From: an uncultured Gemmatimonadota bacterium
Lineage (GTDB): Bacteria > SM23-81 > DAOVCL01
Assembly: GCA_964626665.1 (NCBI GenBank)
Contig: CAZVGK010000002.1
Location: 96,001-160,000 of the forward strand
Length of the DNA stretch: 64,000 bases
Reading direction: 5' to 3'
Part shown: positions 55,316 through 64,000 of the stretch, piece by piece
Numbering within the stretch: position 1 is the first letter of the stretch
How the letters are laid out: every line of letters starts with the position of its first letter
Translations under genes and position numbers: made by a program
The notes under the pieces: generated by a model
Database searches by the model: none
What the model saw: only the letters and a program-made list of their open reading frames with translations
What the model was told of the DNA's origin: nothing

Positions 55316-58261
55316 TCACTCGCCTTCGGTATAAATATTGAGCTTTTTCATTTTGTTGTGTAAGGTAGTGCGTGGAACTCCCAACATGTTTGCCGCTTCA
55401 GTAATCTTCCAATTGCTCTTTTCCAAAGCCGTTAAGCACTCCTCTCTCTCCATCAAAGCTATCTTCTCAGGAAGGGAACCCCCCTTTGGTGGAAGAACAG
55501 ATGCTCTTTTCTTGCCAATCTCCACCAGAGATGGTGTTATTATATCCCCATCTGCCAAGGTTACAGCCCTGCGGATCAGGTTCTTCACTTCCCGCACATT
55601 TCCTGGAAAATCATACTCCATCAGCTTCTCCATGGCCTCTGGGGTCATAATCTTCTTGTGGTGATTCTCTCGGTTAAATCTCTCCAGAAAATAGTTCACT
55701 AATAAAGGCATATCCCCTTTCCTCTGGCGTAAGGGAGGAAGCTCTATGGGAAAACAGTTCAACCTGTAGAAAACATCCTCTCTGAATCTCCCTGCATTCA
55801 CTTCAGCTTGCAAATCCTTGTTGGTGGCTGCAATTACCCTTACATCCACTTTTCTCCACCTGTTATCACCTCTCCTCTGCATCTCTCCTTCCTCCAATAT
55901 CCGCAAGAGCTTTACCTGAAGATCAGGCTTCAAAGTGGAGATTTCATCTAAGAAGATACTTCCCCCATTTGCCTCCTCAAATTTCCCCCTCCGCTCCTGA
56001 GTGGCCCCGGTAAAGGCTCCCTTGATATGGCCAAACAGTTCATCCTCTAGCAGTGACTCCGTTATGCTTGCACAATCCACCGTAACAAATGGCCCCAAAG
56101 CCCTCTGGCTGCTATAATGAATCAGCTTGGCTATCAGCTCCTTGCCAGTCCCAGATTTCCCGGTTAGCAATACCCCCTCCAGCGCGTCTTTTATCTTTTC
56201 TACTACCCTGAGAACCTCCTTCATCTTTTTGTCATCGGTTATCAGCCGGGAAAATCCATAGCTGTCCGCTATCTGATAAGCTTTCAAAACCAGGTTCTCA
56301 GCCTCCAAGCCCTCTACCCTTAGCTCGTCAACTACCCTGTGTATATGCTCAGATGCCGCTACAAAGAATTGCACATCCTCCTGCCTCCACCCTCCCCGAT
56401 CAGGCTTTTGGGCCAGATACAGTATCCCATCCAGCCTCTCCTTTAACCCCAGGGGCATAACCAACAGGGCCCCCACCTTAAGGGAGGAGAACTTCCCATC
56501 GGCAGAGAGCTTCACTGTAAGCCTCCCAGGTTCAAAGGAATTGGTAGCCAAAAGATGCAGTACCTTCTCAGCTTCTTCCTCCCTCAACTTCACTCTCTCC
56601 GCTACCTTTAGACCATCGGTCTCCCTGTAGGCAACAAAGCCCTGATCTGCCCCCACCCTCTCGGCAATGGTATGAAGGAGGCTTTTTAAATGATTCCTCA
56701 ACCCAGCCTCAGATGTGGGCTTGAAGGATAGCTCCTTAAGAAGCAGGTAGGGGTTCTCCTCGGAGTCGGTGGCGCTATCAAGCCGGCTCTCCACCTGAGA
56801 GCGGAGCCTTGCCGTCACTTTCAGAGCCTCTTTCTCACCCAACAGAGTCTCAGCTTCGGCTATGAAATTTAAAACCTCATCGGAATGGGAGAAGAGGAGC
56901 TCAACCCGGGCCATCTCCAGCTTAGCCAAACCACGGTAGTGTCCACATCCAGGCCCCATATCAGAGAACAAACGATCAGCCTCCTGGAGGAGCTCCAGCC
57001 CCCGTTCCCTTTCTTTGAGTGCGGAGGCGGTGAATCTGCCCTGTTCCAATAATGTCCTGCCTAGTTCGAACCTGTCCTCTATGGACTCCAGAACCCTAAC
57101 CGCTTTCTGAAAACTTTCCTTGGCTCCATCTAGGTTGCCCTGAGCCTCAAAGATAAGAGCCTGCACTCTGTAACAACAACCCTCTTCAAACTTATCCCCT
57201 AAAGATTGAGAGATCCTGAGGGCTTCTTGAACACATTCTGAGGCTTCATCAAGGCCTTTTCCCTCAGCTAAGAAAAGCTCTGCCCTTCTCCTCTGCACCT
57301 GGTTTATCAAATCCTTCTGCCCCAGCCTTCTCCCTATGTCCAATGTCCTCTGGTAGCAGTCCCTGGCAAGCCCAAGATCTCCTCTCTCCTTGGCCACATC
57401 TGCCAGGGATTCAAGAGACATCGCTTCAGCCCTTTCATAACTGTGGGCTTGACTTAAAGCTAAGGATTTTTTCAGCAATTCTTCTGAGCCGCCAAGGTCT
57501 CTTTGGAGAGCCTTCAGACGTCCAAGGGATATATATCCATGAGCTAAATGAATTGGATCGCTCATTTTTTTCTTAATCTTAAGACTCCGATTTAAGTAAT
57601 CCTCTGCCTTTGCCCACCTCCCCGTTTTCCGGTAAAGCATTCCTATATTATTCAAGATAAGGGCTTCATTCCGCTTGTTTTCCCTTTTTTGAGCAATGCT
57701 TAAGCCCTCTTTTAAATTGACAAGAGCCTGTTTATAATCAGAGGTGGCGAAGTCTACATTGGCAAGGTAGTTATAGACAATCAACATCTCCATTTCATCA
57801 TCTGCACGACGGAACGTGGATAGGCTATCCTGGAGGAATTTCCTTCCCCGCAAATAATCGCCCAACTGAGCAAATGCTCGGCCAATGAATTTCTGACAGA
57901 GCCCTACAATTTTATGCTGGGCTGTCCCTTTGTAGGATTCATAAATCTTCATGCTGAGATCCTTGGCCTCTTCATCCCTCCCCATCTCCAGTAATACCCT
58001 GGTGAGAAGCAGCCGTGTTCTGGCCAATTCTATCTCATCTCCCAACCGAGCAAAGCTCTCTTCTGCTTCCCTCGCCTCTTTGAGGGCTGAGTTCAAGTCT
58101 CCACTTCTCAGATAACAATAGGCCAACTCCCCCTTAATCTTTGCCTTCTCTTTAGGCTTTGCCTTCTTAAGGGCCTTTTCGTAAAGCCCTATCGCCTGGG
58201 AGAACTTCCCAGAGTCTATGTAATTGGTAGCTGACTTAAGCAGATTCTCAAAGCTATCCAT
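55316..58261 (-). CDS. TPR - GAF-like - sigma54 AAA+ - HTH enhancer-binding protein (no receiver domain)
   Basis: About 480 aa of TPR repeats; GKSGTGKE, GHIKGAFTGA, FLDEI, FPGNVRE, LGVPRTTLHNKMKK. Confidence 0.9.
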   Translation of the reverse strand: MDSFENLLKSATNYIDSGKFSQAIGLYEKALKKAKPKEKAKIKGELAYCYLRSGDLNSALKEAREAEESFARLGDEIELARTRLLLTRVLLEMGRDEEAKDLSMKIYESYKGTAQHKIVGLCQKFIGRAFAQLGDYLRGRKFLQDSLSTFRRADDEMEMLIVYNYLANVDFATSDYKQALVNLKEGLSIAQKRENKRNEALILNNIGMLYRKTGRWAKAEDYLNRSLKIKKKMSDPIHLAHGYISLGRLKALQRDLGGSEELLKKSLALSQAHSYERAEAMSLESLADVAKERGDLGLARDCYQRTLDIGRRLGQKDLINQVQRRRAELFLAEGKGLDEASECVQEALRISQSLGDKFEEGCCYRVQALIFEAQGNLDGAKESFQKAVRVLESIEDRFELGRTLLEQGRFTASALKERERGLELLQEADRLFSDMGPGCGHYRGLAKLEMARVELLFSHSDEVLNFIAEAETLLGEKEALKVTARLRSQVESRLDSATDSEENPYLLLKELSFKPTSEAGLRNHLKSLLHTIAERVGADQGFVAYRETDGLKVAERVKLREEEAEKVLHLLATNSFEPGRLTVKLSADGKFSSLKVGALLVMPLGLKERLDGILYLAQKPDRGGWRQEDVQFFVAASEHIHRVVDELRVEGLEAENLVLKAYQIADSYGFSRLITDDKKMKEVLRVVEKIKDALEGVLLTGKSGTGKELIAKLIHYSSQRALGPFVTVDCASITESLLEDELFGHIKGAFTGATQERRGKFEEANGGSIFLDEISTLKPDLQVKLLRILEEGEMQRRGDNRWRKVDVRVIAATNKDLQAEVNAGRFREDVFYRLNCFPIELPPLRQRKGDMPLLVNYFLERFNRENHHKKIMTPEAMEKLMEYDFPGNVREVKNLIRRAVTLADGDIITPSLVEIGKKRASVLPPKGGSLPEKIALMEREECLTALEKSNWKITEAANMLGVPRTTLHNKMKKLNIYTEGE

Positions 58262-58276
58262 TATCTCCCTTTAGAT

Positions 58277-58630
58277 CTATTTGTTGAAGATCATCTGCCA
58301 GAGAAAGAGAAGCTTTAGTTTCCAGTTGAGGAATGAATCCCTGTTCTTGGTGGTATTTTGGCGCTCCCTCTGATAACTGCTTGTCTGAGTCGAACTGCTA
58401 AGGGAATGTTTAGTTACAGAATGGTTGGCAGGATCAGATGTTGCCTGGTTGTCTCCTCCCGCTGATCCTGAACCACCTTTACCTGAATGATACTCCCAAT
58501 CCCACGGCTCGGCGGCCATAAGCATCCGTCTCTCTTCTTCACTGGCAGATGCCTTTCTCACCGGCAAAAAGCTAACTATGGAAAGAAGAAAGGCTATAGT
58601 CAATAGGATAATACCCAACTTTTTCATCAT
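58277..58630 (-). CDS. Small secreted protein/pre-peptide
   Basis: Signal peptide ending ASA; AEPWDWEY then low-complexity G/S/T linker and hydrophobic C-terminus; ends 15 bp before the activator ATG. Confidence 0.75.
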   Translation of the reverse strand: MMKKLGIILLTIAFLLSIVSFLPVRKASASEEERRMLMAAEPWDWEYHSGKGGSGSAGGDNQATSDPANHSVTKHSLSSSTQTSSYQRERQNTTKNRDSFLNWKLKLLFLWQMIFNK

Positions 58631-58679
58631 CAATCACCTCACAGGGGAAATGTTTCCCAGCAGATTCAAATCAAAACCA

Positions 58680-58708
58680 AATATAACAATCTCAGCCCCC
58701 AAAGTCAA
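58680..58708 (-). promoter_or_regulatory. Sigma70-type promoter of the peptide-activator pair
   Basis: TTGACT-N17-TATATT. Confidence 0.6.
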
Positions 58709-59092
58709 GGATTTTTTTGAAGGTAACCTGCGTTTGAGGGAGCTTTTGTGTTCTATTGACTGGGAGCTAAGTTCCATAAATATCCTCGTTTACCCGGACT
58801 GTAGGAGTTGATGGGTAGGATTTTGTGTGTAATCCAGGTTAATATCTTCCTCAATGGGATTACCGATTCCTTAGATATAATCAGCGGGTAAAAGAGGAAC
58901 CTGAAATACCTTCTCCGGCTAGTTAGGACATAACTTCTTGATTCATAAAAAGAAAAAGGCAATCATTTTCAATTTTAAAAAAAACTTAAAAATAAAACTT
59001 GACTTTTAAGCCCCTGTTGAGTTAATATAAGGCTTAATTCTGTGAAAAGAGTTAAGGACAAAACCAGAAGCTAAGTAGAAAGGAGGAGAAAG

Positions 59093-60346
59093 TTGAAAGC
59101 CAACCTGCGTTTCGATTTCCGGGATGTCTTTAAGTCAGCCAGATTTGGATTGGCCGGAAAGAAGGTTTGGGTGCAGTTCTGCGGCATTCTCTTTGGCTAT
59201 ATTGTCTATCTTATTTTCAATTATATCGCCTTTCTTTCCAAGGGGATGAATATTGGGGAGATTTGGAAATTATTTGGGCTCTTCCCCCTTCCCTTCTTGG
59301 GATTCCCTTGGTTTGGTTGGGTGATATTTGGAGTGGGCGCGGCCATAGCGCTAGCTATTTGGCTTTTGGCCTCCAGCGCTGTGGCCAAGATAACCTATCA
59401 GGAGTTGAAGGGTGACGATTTTTACTCCGTAAGCGATTCCCTTGGCTTTGTCAAGAAAAATTGGAAGCCTGTTCTCCTCTCTCCCCTAACCCTGATAGGT
59501 ATGATCGTTTTCTTCCTGGCTGTGGGGGCGCTGATTGGACTCATAGCCAAGGTTATTCCCTATGTGGGGGAGATTGCCTTCTCCCTGATCTTTGGCATCC
59601 CCATAGTGGGGGCTGCCGTATTTACCGTTTTTATGGCCGTAATTTTTCTCTTCTCCCTAATTTTGGGTCCGGCCATTGTGGCCACTACTGGGGAGGATAC
59701 CTTCGAAACGGTCATCCAGCTCTTCTCTACCATTTGGAATCAACCCTGGAGGCTGGTTGTTTACCAGATTGTCCTTAAGTTCACCGAATTTTTGGCAGTG
59801 GGCGTGATGGCCTGGTTTACTGTAAAGGGACTGAGGGTCATCCGTCTCGTTATGGGTTGGTCTATGGGGGTTAAACTTGATAAGCTTCTTGGCTCGGCAG
59901 CGGGACTTTTACCCAAATTCCACTTTCCGATTTTGGGTGAGTCCCAGCTCCTTCCCCATTTCTCCACCCTCTGGGCCAATTTGGGCAATCCCGGCCCTAT
60001 GGTCTGGACGATGGATGTTGCTGGCATCATCATCGGAATTACCCTCATCTTAATTGGCTTCTTTATTTTTGCCTATGGTGGAGCAATACTTAATGCTGGG
60101 CAGACCCTCATCTATATCATTTTAAGGTTGAAGAAAGATGAAGAGAACCTCTTAGAGAGGAAGGAAGAAGAGGAAGAGGAGACGTTTCCAGAGGAAGAAG
60201 GGGGGAAAAAGGAAGAGGAGGAAAAGGTAGAGGGCAAAGAGGAGGCAAAGGAGCCAAAGAAGACGGAAGGGGAGAAGAAACCGAAGAAAGAAGAGGAAGA
60301 AAAGCCAAAGAAGGAGGGGAAAAAGAAAGAAGGGGAGAAGAAGTAA
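59093..60346 (+). CDS. Hypothetical multi-pass membrane protein with E/K-rich C-terminal tail
   Basis: AGGAGG RBS, several hydrophobic segments, YIILRLKKDEENL followed by a charged tail. Confidence 0.8.
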   Translation: MKANLRFDFRDVFKSARFGLAGKKVWVQFCGILFGYIVYLIFNYIAFLSKGMNIGEIWKLFGLFPLPFLGFPWFGWVIFGVGAAIALAIWLLASSAVAKITYQELKGDDFYSVSDSLGFVKKNWKPVLLSPLTLIGMIVFFLAVGALIGLIAKVIPYVGEIAFSLIFGIPIVGAAVFTVFMAVIFLFSLILGPAIVATTGEDTFETVIQLFSTIWNQPWRLVVYQIVLKFTEFLAVGVMAWFTVKGLRVIRLVMGWSMGVKLDKLLGSAAGLLPKFHFPILGESQLLPHFSTLWANLGNPGPMVWTMDVAGIIIGITLILIGFFIFAYGGAILNAGQTLIYIILRLKKDEENLLERKEEEEEETFPEEEGGKKEEEEKVEGKEEAKEPKKTEGEKKPKKEEEEKPKKEGKKKEGEKK

Positions 60347-60368
60347 AGCCTCTCAGATCTTTTCTTTT

Positions 60369-60409
60369 AAGCCATCGAATTCCCTCAAGGGTTCGGTGGC
60401 TTTAATTTT
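60369..60409 (+). terminator. Intrinsic terminator
   Basis: AAGCCATCGAATT-ccctcaa-GGGTTCGGTGGCTT followed by a T-rich tract. Confidence 0.6.
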
Positions 60410-60420
60410 AGGTGATAATT

Positions 60421-60534
60421 CACCACGGACTGACCAAAAAATGGTCAATGGTCAATGAACAATTATCAATGGAAAATGAAGTCTTCGCCTTTATCCCATT
60501 TTAACCTGCTAATTGTTTAGTTGACCATTCCGTG
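60421..60534. repeat. MITE-like repeat, copy 3
   Basis: ACCACGGACT..AATGGTCAATG.TCAATGAACAATTATCAATG..TTCCGTG as at 23800. Confidence 0.7.
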
Positions 60535-60561
60535 CTAAACCAATCTCAGAAGGGGGATGGT

Positions 60562-61548
60562 GTGAAGTTATATAGGTTGAGACGGGATGAACCAGATTTG
60601 TTAGAGGGGAAGAGGATAGCCATCATTGGCTATGGGAACCAGGGTCGGGCCCAGGCCCTCAACCTGAGAGATGGGGGTAAGGATGTGAAAATAGGGCTTT
60701 ATCCGGGGAGCCCATCCTGGAATAAGGCGAAAAGAGATGGTTTTCAGGTCCTTAAGGACGAGGAGGCCACGGAGTGGGCGGATTTGATCTGCCTTCTTCT
60801 TCCTGATGAAAAGCAACCTCAGGTCTTCCAAGAGGTTATCAGGCCTCATCTGCAGAAGGGTCAGGCCATCCTCTTTGCCCATGGTTTCTCCTTCCATTTT
60901 GGCCTCATCTCCCCCTTAGAGGGGGTTGACCTGATTATGGTTGCCCCCAAAGGACCTGGTCAACTGCTCAGGGAGGCCTTTACAATGGGGAAGAGTCTTC
61001 CCTGTTTGGTGGCCATTGGGAGGGACTACTCTGGAGAGGCCAAGCCCTTAGCCCTCTCCTATGCTCAGGGAATAGGGGGCCAAGAAGTAACCATTGTAGA
61101 GACGACATTTGAGGAGGAGACGGTCACAGATCTTTTTGGTGAGCAGGTAGTTCTCTGTGGAGGATTGGTAGAACTGGCCAGAGCTGCGGTGGAGGTACTC
61201 GTTGAGGCCGGTTTCTCCCCGGAAAATGCTTATTTTGAATGCGTCTATGAATTGGGTTTCATCATTGACCTTCTTTTAAGGTATGGATTGGTGGGGATGA
61301 GGAAAAGGATAAGCAACTTGGCGGAGTATGGGGCTTACTTAACCGGTCCCAGAATAATAGATGAAGGGATTAAGAATAGGATGAGAGCTGTTCTTACCGA
61401 GATAAGGAAAGGCGAGTTCGCTCGTAGATGGATGGAAGAGGACAAAAACAAGAAAAAGGAATACCTTCTTATGAGAGAAAAGGAAAAGAAAAACCTCCTC
61501 AATAGGATTTGGAAGAGGCTCTCACCTTTTATAAAAAGGAGGGCATAA
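60562..61548 (+). CDS. ilvC: Ketol-acid reductoisomerase
   Basis: IIGYGNQGRAQALNLRD, FAHGF, MVAPKGPG, TDLFGEQVVLCGG; likely GTG 60562. Confidence 0.95.
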   Translation: MKLYRLRRDEPDLLEGKRIAIIGYGNQGRAQALNLRDGGKDVKIGLYPGSPSWNKAKRDGFQVLKDEEATEWADLICLLLPDEKQPQVFQEVIRPHLQKGQAILFAHGFSFHFGLISPLEGVDLIMVAPKGPGQLLREAFTMGKSLPCLVAIGRDYSGEAKPLALSYAQGIGGQEVTIVETTFEEETVTDLFGEQVVLCGGLVELARAAVEVLVEAGFSPENAYFECVYELGFIIDLLLRYGLVGMRKRISNLAEYGAYLTGPRIIDEGIKNRMRAVLTEIRKGEFARRWMEEDKNKKKEYLLMREKEKKNLLNRIWKRLSPFIKRRA

Positions 61549-61798
61549 GTTCTGAGAAAACTCTCTCCACCACAAACTGTAAAGGGTTTTTACAGCCACC
61601 TTCGGCATTTTGTCCTTGCTATTTCCGCAAAGCGGAAGGTCACGGCAAGTTGCCTCAGCCTCCGGGGGCAACCTTCATTGGAGAATTGTTAAAGGTTTTT
61701 CAGAATTACACCCTCCATCCTAAGTTTAACAAAAAAACCATCGAAAAGCAAGCACTTTTTTTAGTCTGAGGGGAAAATCTAGCTAAATTTGTCTTCCC

Positions 61799-63046
61799 TC
61801 ATCTCCCCAGTTTCGAGTCTAAGGGGTTATGAGGGGGTTTCGCTCCTCCCCTGCTCAGGCTCCAGGAGAGGATGAAGGAGAGAAGACAGAGACCTCCCAC
61901 TAAGCCAAAGAGAAAGATATAGGAGGAGATGTTAATTATCAAACCGCCCAGGGCCGAGAAGAAGACAGTGGGGGAGACTATTGTGTTCATAAACCCCACA
62001 TAGGTGGATCTCTCCTCCTGAGGCGCTATCTCCAAGAGGTAGTTGTTATAGCCTATGTTTAAACCGCTTGTCGTAGCCCCTAAGAAAAAGAAGACCAAGC
62101 GAAAACTGACTGGCGAAGGGGGAAAAGCAATAGCCAATAAGGGGGAGAGCAGGCCGGAGATAGAGGTGAGGCTGAGGACAAACCTATTATCCCCCTTGTT
62201 GCTCAACCTCCCCCAGATTACATTGGAGAAGATCAATCCGGCCATCTCAAAGGAGATATATGATCCAATTAGCTTATCCTGCCCACCCATAATCCTTTGG
62301 GCGTAGAGGATATAGAAGGGCATTCCCAGAAGATATGTGCCCAATAAGGTCCTTACGAAGAAGAAACGACGGTAGTTTGCATCCTCTTTGAATATTTGGG
62401 GCCCTTTGAGCAGTGCATCCCTGAGGTTTCTCCTCTCCCCCTGGAGCCATGGTTCCCTGACAAAACAGAAGAAAATAAGGGCAATGGTGATGGAGATGAA
62501 GGCCAGGGTGAAGATGAGGCCAAAGTTGGTTGGAAAGGAATTGTGCACCATTATCTTCTCTACTATCCATCCCCCTCCTATCCCTAAGAGGCCACCGAAG
62601 AACGTCCTCATCCCAAAGAAGGATCCCCTCCTCTGAGGGGGGATTGTTTTTCCCACGATCTCCATAAAGGGAACGCCGGCTATCCCTCCAGCCACAGCAT
62701 AGAGGGTGAAAAGGGAGAAAAAGAGCGGAAGCATAAGCCCTTTCTGGTTACTGAAGAGGAAGATGGAGATGGTTAACCCGGCAAAGAAGATGCTTCTTAA
62801 GGCAGCCATCCAGATGTAGAGGGGGAGTTTTTTCCCTCTATGTCCCACCAGCCCAGCCACCAACATCTGCGGGAGAAACCAGGCGGCCGCTCCCAAATTG
62901 GAGGAGAGGCCAATGAGCACTTTAGAGGTAGTTAGTTGGGAGAGGAAGGCGGGGAGGACGGATGAGCCCCGGATAAAGGCTGAGGCCAGGTTGAAGAGGG
63001 CTCCATTTAGGACACCCAAGGTGAAGTTTCTCCGCTGGCGGTCCAT
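61799..63046 (-). CDS. MFS transporter
   Basis: About 12 TMs; IPPQRRGSFFG, WGRLS, LEIAP.EER.TY; likely start ATG 63046. Confidence 0.85.
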   Translation of the reverse strand: MDRQRRNFTLGVLNGALFNLASAFIRGSSVLPAFLSQLTTSKVLIGLSSNLGAAAWFLPQMLVAGLVGHRGKKLPLYIWMAALRSIFFAGLTISIFLFSNQKGLMLPLFFSLFTLYAVAGGIAGVPFMEIVGKTIPPQRRGSFFGMRTFFGGLLGIGGGWIVEKIMVHNSFPTNFGLIFTLAFISITIALIFFCFVREPWLQGERRNLRDALLKGPQIFKEDANYRRFFFVRTLLGTYLLGMPFYILYAQRIMGGQDKLIGSYISFEMAGLIFSNVIWGRLSNKGDNRFVLSLTSISGLLSPLLAIAFPPSPVSFRLVFFFLGATTSGLNIGYNNYLLEIAPQEERSTYVGFMNTIVSPTVFFSALGGLIINISSYIFLFGLVGGLCLLSFILSWSLSRGGAKPPHNPLDSKLGR

Positions 63047-63460
63047 AGAAAGGAAAAGGAAGGGCCAAATTACCCTTCTGTCAACCCATTTCTCCCAAAA
63101 TGTGAAAGTTCGTGGGAGATTCCATCTTCTCCGGACTCCTACATTCTCCCGGGTGTAATGGAAGGGTTTACTCGGGATTTGGGCTGTTATGTCAAGGGGA
63201 TGGGGGGAAGTTGCTGGAGAGAAAGGGATAACTTGCAAAGTGAGGTGATATCCCGATAAATCGGGATGTCGAGGTCAGTAACCCTCAAAACCGGTGGCCG
63301 CAGAAGTTTTTATGTGGGAATTAGCAAAGGTTGGTGCCTTGGTGTATTTACTTTATATTTTAGGCTCAGGGCCGAGGAGGGGACTGAAGTCACAAAGCCT
63401 GAAGGAACCAGTGGCAATAAGAGGCCATACTTTCTGAGTTAAGTTGATCGGGCGCCCTGT

Positions 63461-63635
63461 ACTACAATTTTGCAAGATATTGTTTTTTTTGACAAAGTTT
63501 TTCGTTCCAACCGCAAAAACGCTAAGATCGCAGAGGAAAGCAAAAGGGAAATAAAACGATTAGTTAAAAATCTTTAAACTTTGCGTCCTTTGCGACTTTG
63601 CGGTGAATTATTTGGCTGCGGCTCTGCCGCGCTAT
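63461..63635. mobile_element. Second, shorter member of the insertion family found inside RAYT
   Basis: CTGT|ACTACAATTTTGCAAGATATTG... and ...TTTGGCTGCGGCTCTGCCGCGCTAT; different interior (CGCAAAG-type repeats). Confidence 0.7.
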
Positions 63636-63676
63636 GGAAACATATTACTGGTAGGCTACGAAACCAAAAGAATAGT

Positions 63677-64000
63677 TTAATGGATGAAGCCCTGGAGGGA
63701 GACATCAATAACTGGCAGTTTTTTATCGTTTGTATAAAGGTGTAGCTTTTCCATAAATGATCCAACTGGGGCGTCTGGCTTGACCTGTACCTCTATCTGG
63801 TAATTTTGATGTAGTTTTTCTTTCTGGAGAAGGGATATTGTCGCGGTCACATATCCCAACTCATCCTTGGCCCTTAATAGTTTAAATTCCTTTCTCTCCC
63901 CCACATTTACTGTAAGTTTAAGGGTTCTCTTATGCCCCCGGTGACAGCCGAAGACCAGCTCCTCTGGACTTGTCCAGATACCTCCCCTGATGGTGCCAAT
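63677..64000 (-). CDS. Ig-like/DUF1573-like protein, C-terminal part (5' partial)
   Basis: Frame open to the window edge: GTIRGGIWTSPEELVFG...GSFMEKLHLYTNDKKLPVIDVSLQGFIH. Confidence 0.6.
   Translation of the reverse strand: MGTIRGGIWTSPEELVFGCHRGHKRTLKLTVNVGERKEFKLLRAKDELGYVTATISLLQKEKLHQNYQIEVQVKPDAPVGSFMEKLHLYTNDKKLPVIDVSLQGFIH

Noticed and set aside
60150-60346. GA-rich low-complexity tract as a DNA repeat element
   Set aside because: It encodes the E/K-rich protein tail and has no regular period
61590-61690. c-di-GMP-type riboswitch (hairpins TTCCGC/GCGGAA, GTTGCC/GGCAAC)
   Set aside because: Lies between convergent gene ends and lacks the GEMM consensus; more likely terminator-like or repeat hairpins
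179-63158. Numerous antisense or overlapping ORFs of 60-190 aa
   Set aside because: Shadow frames of well-supported genes, explained by the purine-rich codon bias

Overview
Bacterial chromosomal window with purine/G-rich core genes. A secreted protein with dockerin-like, cohesin-like and FlgD-Ig/T9SS-type C-terminal modules suggests an FCB-associated candidate phylum such as Zixibacteria or KSB1 (inference only). No rRNA, tRNA or CRISPR array was seen. From left to right: exbB/exbD/tonB, lysC-asd, DUF47-pit, smc-ftsY. Next is a small accessory islet: a REP-associated tyrosine transposase (RAYT) flanked by REP doublets and split by a 533-bp non-coding insertion, a deleted Mod methyltransferase remnant, and an HsdR_N-like/DUF5655 nuclease. 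Then come two DUF3857/transglutaminase paralogs (one catalytically dead) and a nucleotidyltransferase with a small partner ORF. A ~15-kb minus-strand run with a sigma54 promoter joins seven roadblock domains and MglA to pilB-pilT-pilC-pilS-pilR. After that: gcvT-comB, an atypical ClC, a V4R hybrid kinase with a sigma28 promoter, PilZ-HK-RR plus an orphan flgB, DUF885 and a B12/radical SAM protein. A 10-kb locus (48.4-58.7 kb) holds a small secreted pre-peptide, a TPR-sigma54 activator, its candidate enhancer sites and sigma54 promoter, two copies of an unassigned ~150-nt structured RNA, and three tandem mosaic secreted-protein genes each preceded by a conserved 20-codon ORF. The window ends with a membrane protein, ilvC, an MFS transporter and a partial gene. 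Intergenic DNA is dense in several palindromic repeat families. Best novelty candidates: the peptide/TPR-sigma54 locus with its RNA motif, the non-autonomous element with conserved ends and variable REP cargo, and the expanded Mgl-roadblock/T4P operon. All family assignments come from reading motifs by eye; no searches were run.
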